DNA of 58,313 nt from a virus (taxonomy: Duplodnaviria > Caudoviricetes). The DNA lies in IMG/VR virus record IMGVR_UViG_3300037264_003745, positions 1 through 58,313 of that record; one strand, 5' to 3'. The notes under the pieces are model-generated. The model was not told the origin of the DNA. It was given only the letters and a program-made list of their open reading frames with translations, and did no database searches. The translations under genes and the position numbers were made by a program. Below, piece by piece: positions 56,161 to 58,313 of this stretch. How positions within the stretch are numbered: the first letter of the stretch is position 1; each line of letters begins with the position of its first letter.

Positions 56161-56796
56161 ATGCCTAAGAAGGACCGTCAACCCGCCCACGTCCTACATC
56201 GCGGCCCGCGCCGAAAGCCCGAATCCGCCGCCGAGGCGGACCTCCAGGCGCGAGACCGTGCCAACGCGCCCATCCGCCGCCACATCTCGCGGAAGCAGCG
56301 CGAGTTCATCTCGCGCCACGCGGATCTCGGCTTCCTCTATCCGTATCGCGCAGGTGCGGAGGCCGGCATCACTCGCGCGACCGATGTTGATCGCCTGCTC
56401 GTCCGTCTCAAGGATCTCATTGACGCGGAACGTCTTCGGAGGGCGATGGGGCAGCAGATGGAGGTGGATGAGGCGTTGACGCTGGTCGCGGCGATAGCGC
56501 GATCAACGGATGACGCGAAGGTCGCGCACTCCGCGCTGCGCACCGTGCTCGAAGTCCATGGCGTGCTGACCGGCGCACCACGCGTTGATCGTCGTGAGTC
56601 GATGCGCGCGATTCACTCACTCGTCGCTGCGATCAAGGAGAAAGTGAGCGGAGGCGGAAGCGGAAGCGGAGGCGGAAGCGGAGGCGGAAGCGGAGGAGCT
56701 CGCGTTCGCATCCGCGCGGGAGAGAGAGAGACGGTGACGGAGACGGAGACGGTCTTGGAGGCTGAGATCGAGGGGGAAGGGGGCGGAAGGGAGTAA
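56161..56796 (+). CDS. Probable terminase small subunit
   Basis: SRKQREF...AGAEAGI...RLL...IA...ALRTVLEVHG pattern resembles TerS; TG-TACCCT -10 lies 6 nt upstream (leaderless). Confidence 0.55.
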   Translation: MPKKDRQPAHVLHRGPRRKPESAAEADLQARDRANAPIRRHISRKQREFISRHADLGFLYPYRAGAEAGITRATDVDRLLVRLKDLIDAERLRRAMGQQMEVDEALTLVAAIARSTDDAKVAHSALRTVLEVHGVLTGAPRVDRRESMRAIHSLVAAIKEKVSGGGSGSGGGSGGGSGGARVRIRAGERETVTETETVLEAEIEGEGGGRE

Positions 56797-56826
56797 AAAT
56801 GATCGGGTGATAGGGTTGGTACGGCC

Positions 56827-56855
56827 TTGTACTTATTAGTGTAAGGTGGTACCAT
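56827..56855 (+). promoter_or_regulatory. Sigma70-like promoter in an AT-rich island
   Basis: TTGTAC-17 nt-TACCAT with TG extension. Confidence 0.55.
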
Positions 56856-56920
56856 TCGTATCCCCGTGTATACAGATAGAGGTAGGCAACACCAACACGG
56901 GGCTTGGAAAGGAGCCCGGA

Positions 56921-57259
56921 ATGGGACGAGGGAAGGGTGGGCAGTACGAGGAGAAGAACGACAGCCCGATACACAAGCTCGGGGAGCTGCTCGAGTTCGG
57001 CGACAAGATGAGGAAGGACAAGGAGGACGCGCTCGCAGCCAAGCAGGCATACGAGCACGCTGGGAGCGATCCGCTGCTCCAGACGCCATCCGTCCGCCGC
57101 GGGACGCGGAGGGCTGCCATCACGCTTACGCTCTCCCTCTCGGCGATCGACGCGATCGACCGACTCGCGATCGTCCGGGGCGAACGCCGCGGCTACGTGC
57201 TCGACGACCTCATCATGGCGGCAGCCCGGACCGAGCTGAAGGGGGAGAAGACGAAGTGA
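56921..57259 (+). CDS. Ribbon-helix-helix-like DNA-binding protein
   Basis: AAAGGAG RBS; AITLTLS..AIDAIDRLA...RGYVLDDLI. Confidence 0.65.
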   Translation: MGRGKGGQYEEKNDSPIHKLGELLEFGDKMRKDKEDALAAKQAYEHAGSDPLLQTPSVRRGTRRAAITLTLSLSAIDAIDRLAIVRGERRGYVLDDLIMAAARTELKGEKTK

Positions 57260-57594
57260 GCAGAATCCCAAGCCGCAACCCGCCCGCGCCCACCGGCGAG
57301 ATCGCGCTCACCACGTACGACGTGTCCGTGTGGGAAGCAGCTCGCATGTATGCCGAGGAGTGGCATGTCGACCTCGGGCTCTACGTCGAGTATTCCCTCC
57401 GCTCCTACCACAAGAAACGGCACGACAAGCTGCGCTTCGCCCGCTGGAAGCACGAGCAGGACATGAAAGATCCCGACAACCGCGCGATTCGCGACTTCCT
57501 CGCGGAGAACGATCCGCGGCCCGAGCCCGAATACATGGAACCGAAGTACGCGCCGAAGTCCGCGCGGAAGCTGCCGCGTCGCGTAGCGCGATAG
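57256..57594 (+). CDS. Hypothetical protein
   Basis: GTGA overlap with the upstream gene. Confidence 0.65.
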   Translation: MSRIPSRNPPAPTGEIALTTYDVSVWEAARMYAEEWHVDLGLYVEYSLRSYHKKRHDKLRFARWKHEQDMKDPDNRAIRDFLAENDPRPEPEYMEPKYAPKSARKLPRRVAR

Positions 57595-57683
57595 GCGAGA
57601 CGGACTCGCTCACACGCGTCCTCGCGCGTACGAGACATGCGTGGCGAATGGCTCACACGCTTGGGCTCGATGGGCCGGGAGAC

Positions 57684-57730
57684 AAAAAAAGGGGCCGCGC
57701 CGCCAGGGCTACGTGCCCCGACGGCGCGGC
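57684..57730 (-). terminator. Rho-independent terminator
   Basis: GCCGCGCCG/CGGCGCGGC stem followed by T7 on the minus strand, downstream of 57750. Confidence 0.75.
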
Positions 57731-57749
57731 AACGGCAAAACGGCTCAGG

Positions 57750-57899
57750 TCAGCGAGGACAGCGTGCGGCCAGGAAGTCAGCCAGGAAGGCCGCGTCATT
57801 CGCTGCATCAACGCAGTCGCGATCGAGAGCCGTTCGGATCGCTTCTTTCAGCCAGAAGGAAGCCGTAGGGTCCCGGTAAATCTCGTGCTCCGTCATCAT
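57750..57899 (-). CDS. Small hypothetical protein
   Basis: GGAGG RBS; DPTASFWLKEAI..ALDRDCVDAANDA. Confidence 0.7.
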   Translation of the reverse strand: MMTEHEIYRDPTASFWLKEAIRTALDRDCVDAANDAAFLADFLAARCPR

Positions 57900-57936
57900 T
57901 CCGAACCTCCGATCCGTCATCATTCCGAACCTCCGA
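57889..57936. repeat. Exact 24-nt tandem duplication of an RBS plus start codons
   Basis: TCCGTCATCATTCCGAACCTCCGA twice. Confidence 0.9.
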
Positions 57937-57985
57937 TCGGCCCGCACCTAGCAGAGCGTACGGGCCGACCGCAGGTGACTGAGCG

Positions 57986-58186
57986 TTAGCTCAGCAGCTG
58001 CGCGAGCGGCGAGTCCGGCGCCGCCGTAGTGGACAGACCGACCACGCGACCCTCTGCGATCGCGCGGATTGCGTCACCAGGGAAAGTTGCGCGGAACGAA
58101 CCGCCGTTGCGCATGGGAGCGCTCAGGACGATCGTGTCTCGCCCGCTTCCCGAAACGCCCCGGCTCGTGTACGTCCAGACCCGATC
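57986..58186 (-). CDS. Hypothetical protein, 3' part of the junction-spanning gene
   Basis: In-frame continuation DRVWTYTSRG...LAQLLS*, TAA at 57988-57986. Confidence 0.75.
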   Translation of the reverse strand, partial: DRVWTYTSRGVSGSGRDTIVLSAPMRNGGSFRATFPGDAIRAIAEGRVVGLSTTAAPDSPLAQLLS

Positions 58187-58313
58187 GGCGACCGGTGCGA
58201 CCGGGACCGCGGCCGCCGCAGCTTGCGCCGCCGCGGCTTCGAGGTACCACGCGGGCGCTACCGTTGCGCGCGCGGGCGGTGCGATGCGGGGCGATCCGGT
58301 CGGCGCCCCCCCC
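58187..58313. repeat. Terminal direct repeat copy 2 (circular assembly overlap)
   Basis: Identical to 1-127. Confidence 0.95.

Noticed and set aside
1-58313. Integrase/att site, tRNA genes, introns or inteins, alternative genetic code
   Set aside because: No recombinase, cloverleaf, intein or homing-endonuclease motifs seen; core genes are intact under the standard code

Overview
The window is a complete, circularly closed, high-GC tailed-phage genome of about 58.2 kb. Bases 1-127 are repeated exactly at 58187-58313, and a gene with a good RBS reads in frame across that junction. Layout: (i) a minus-strand cassette of membrane, lipoprotein and secreted-protein genes, including lysis-like genes and a lipoprotein resembling a clan GH-A glycoside hydrolase (412-5938); (ii) a plus-strand, podovirus-like virion module: large terminase, portal, scaffold, major capsid, adaptor, a signal-peptide protein, M15 endolysin, a three-gene tail nozzle region, internal virion proteins including a 2503-aa giant, and tail fibres (5988-38304); (iii) a minus-strand replication/recombination module: UDG-PolA fusion, ERCC4-type nuclease, Sak4-like ATPase, PD-(D/E)xK exonuclease, SSB-like protein and DinG/XPD helicase (38383-49285); (iv) an XRE HTH regulator, many small early genes and a detached probable small terminase. 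I saw no integrase, primase, RNA polymerase, tRNA, CRISPR array or reverse transcriptase. The most unusual observations are a probable gene overprinted in the +1 frame inside the giant virion gene, a nozzle split into three genes with two extra beta-propellers, several exported proteins (one in the tail module), and short direct repeats at gene junctions that look like scars of single-gene cassette exchange. All functional calls come from motifs read by eye; no database search was run.
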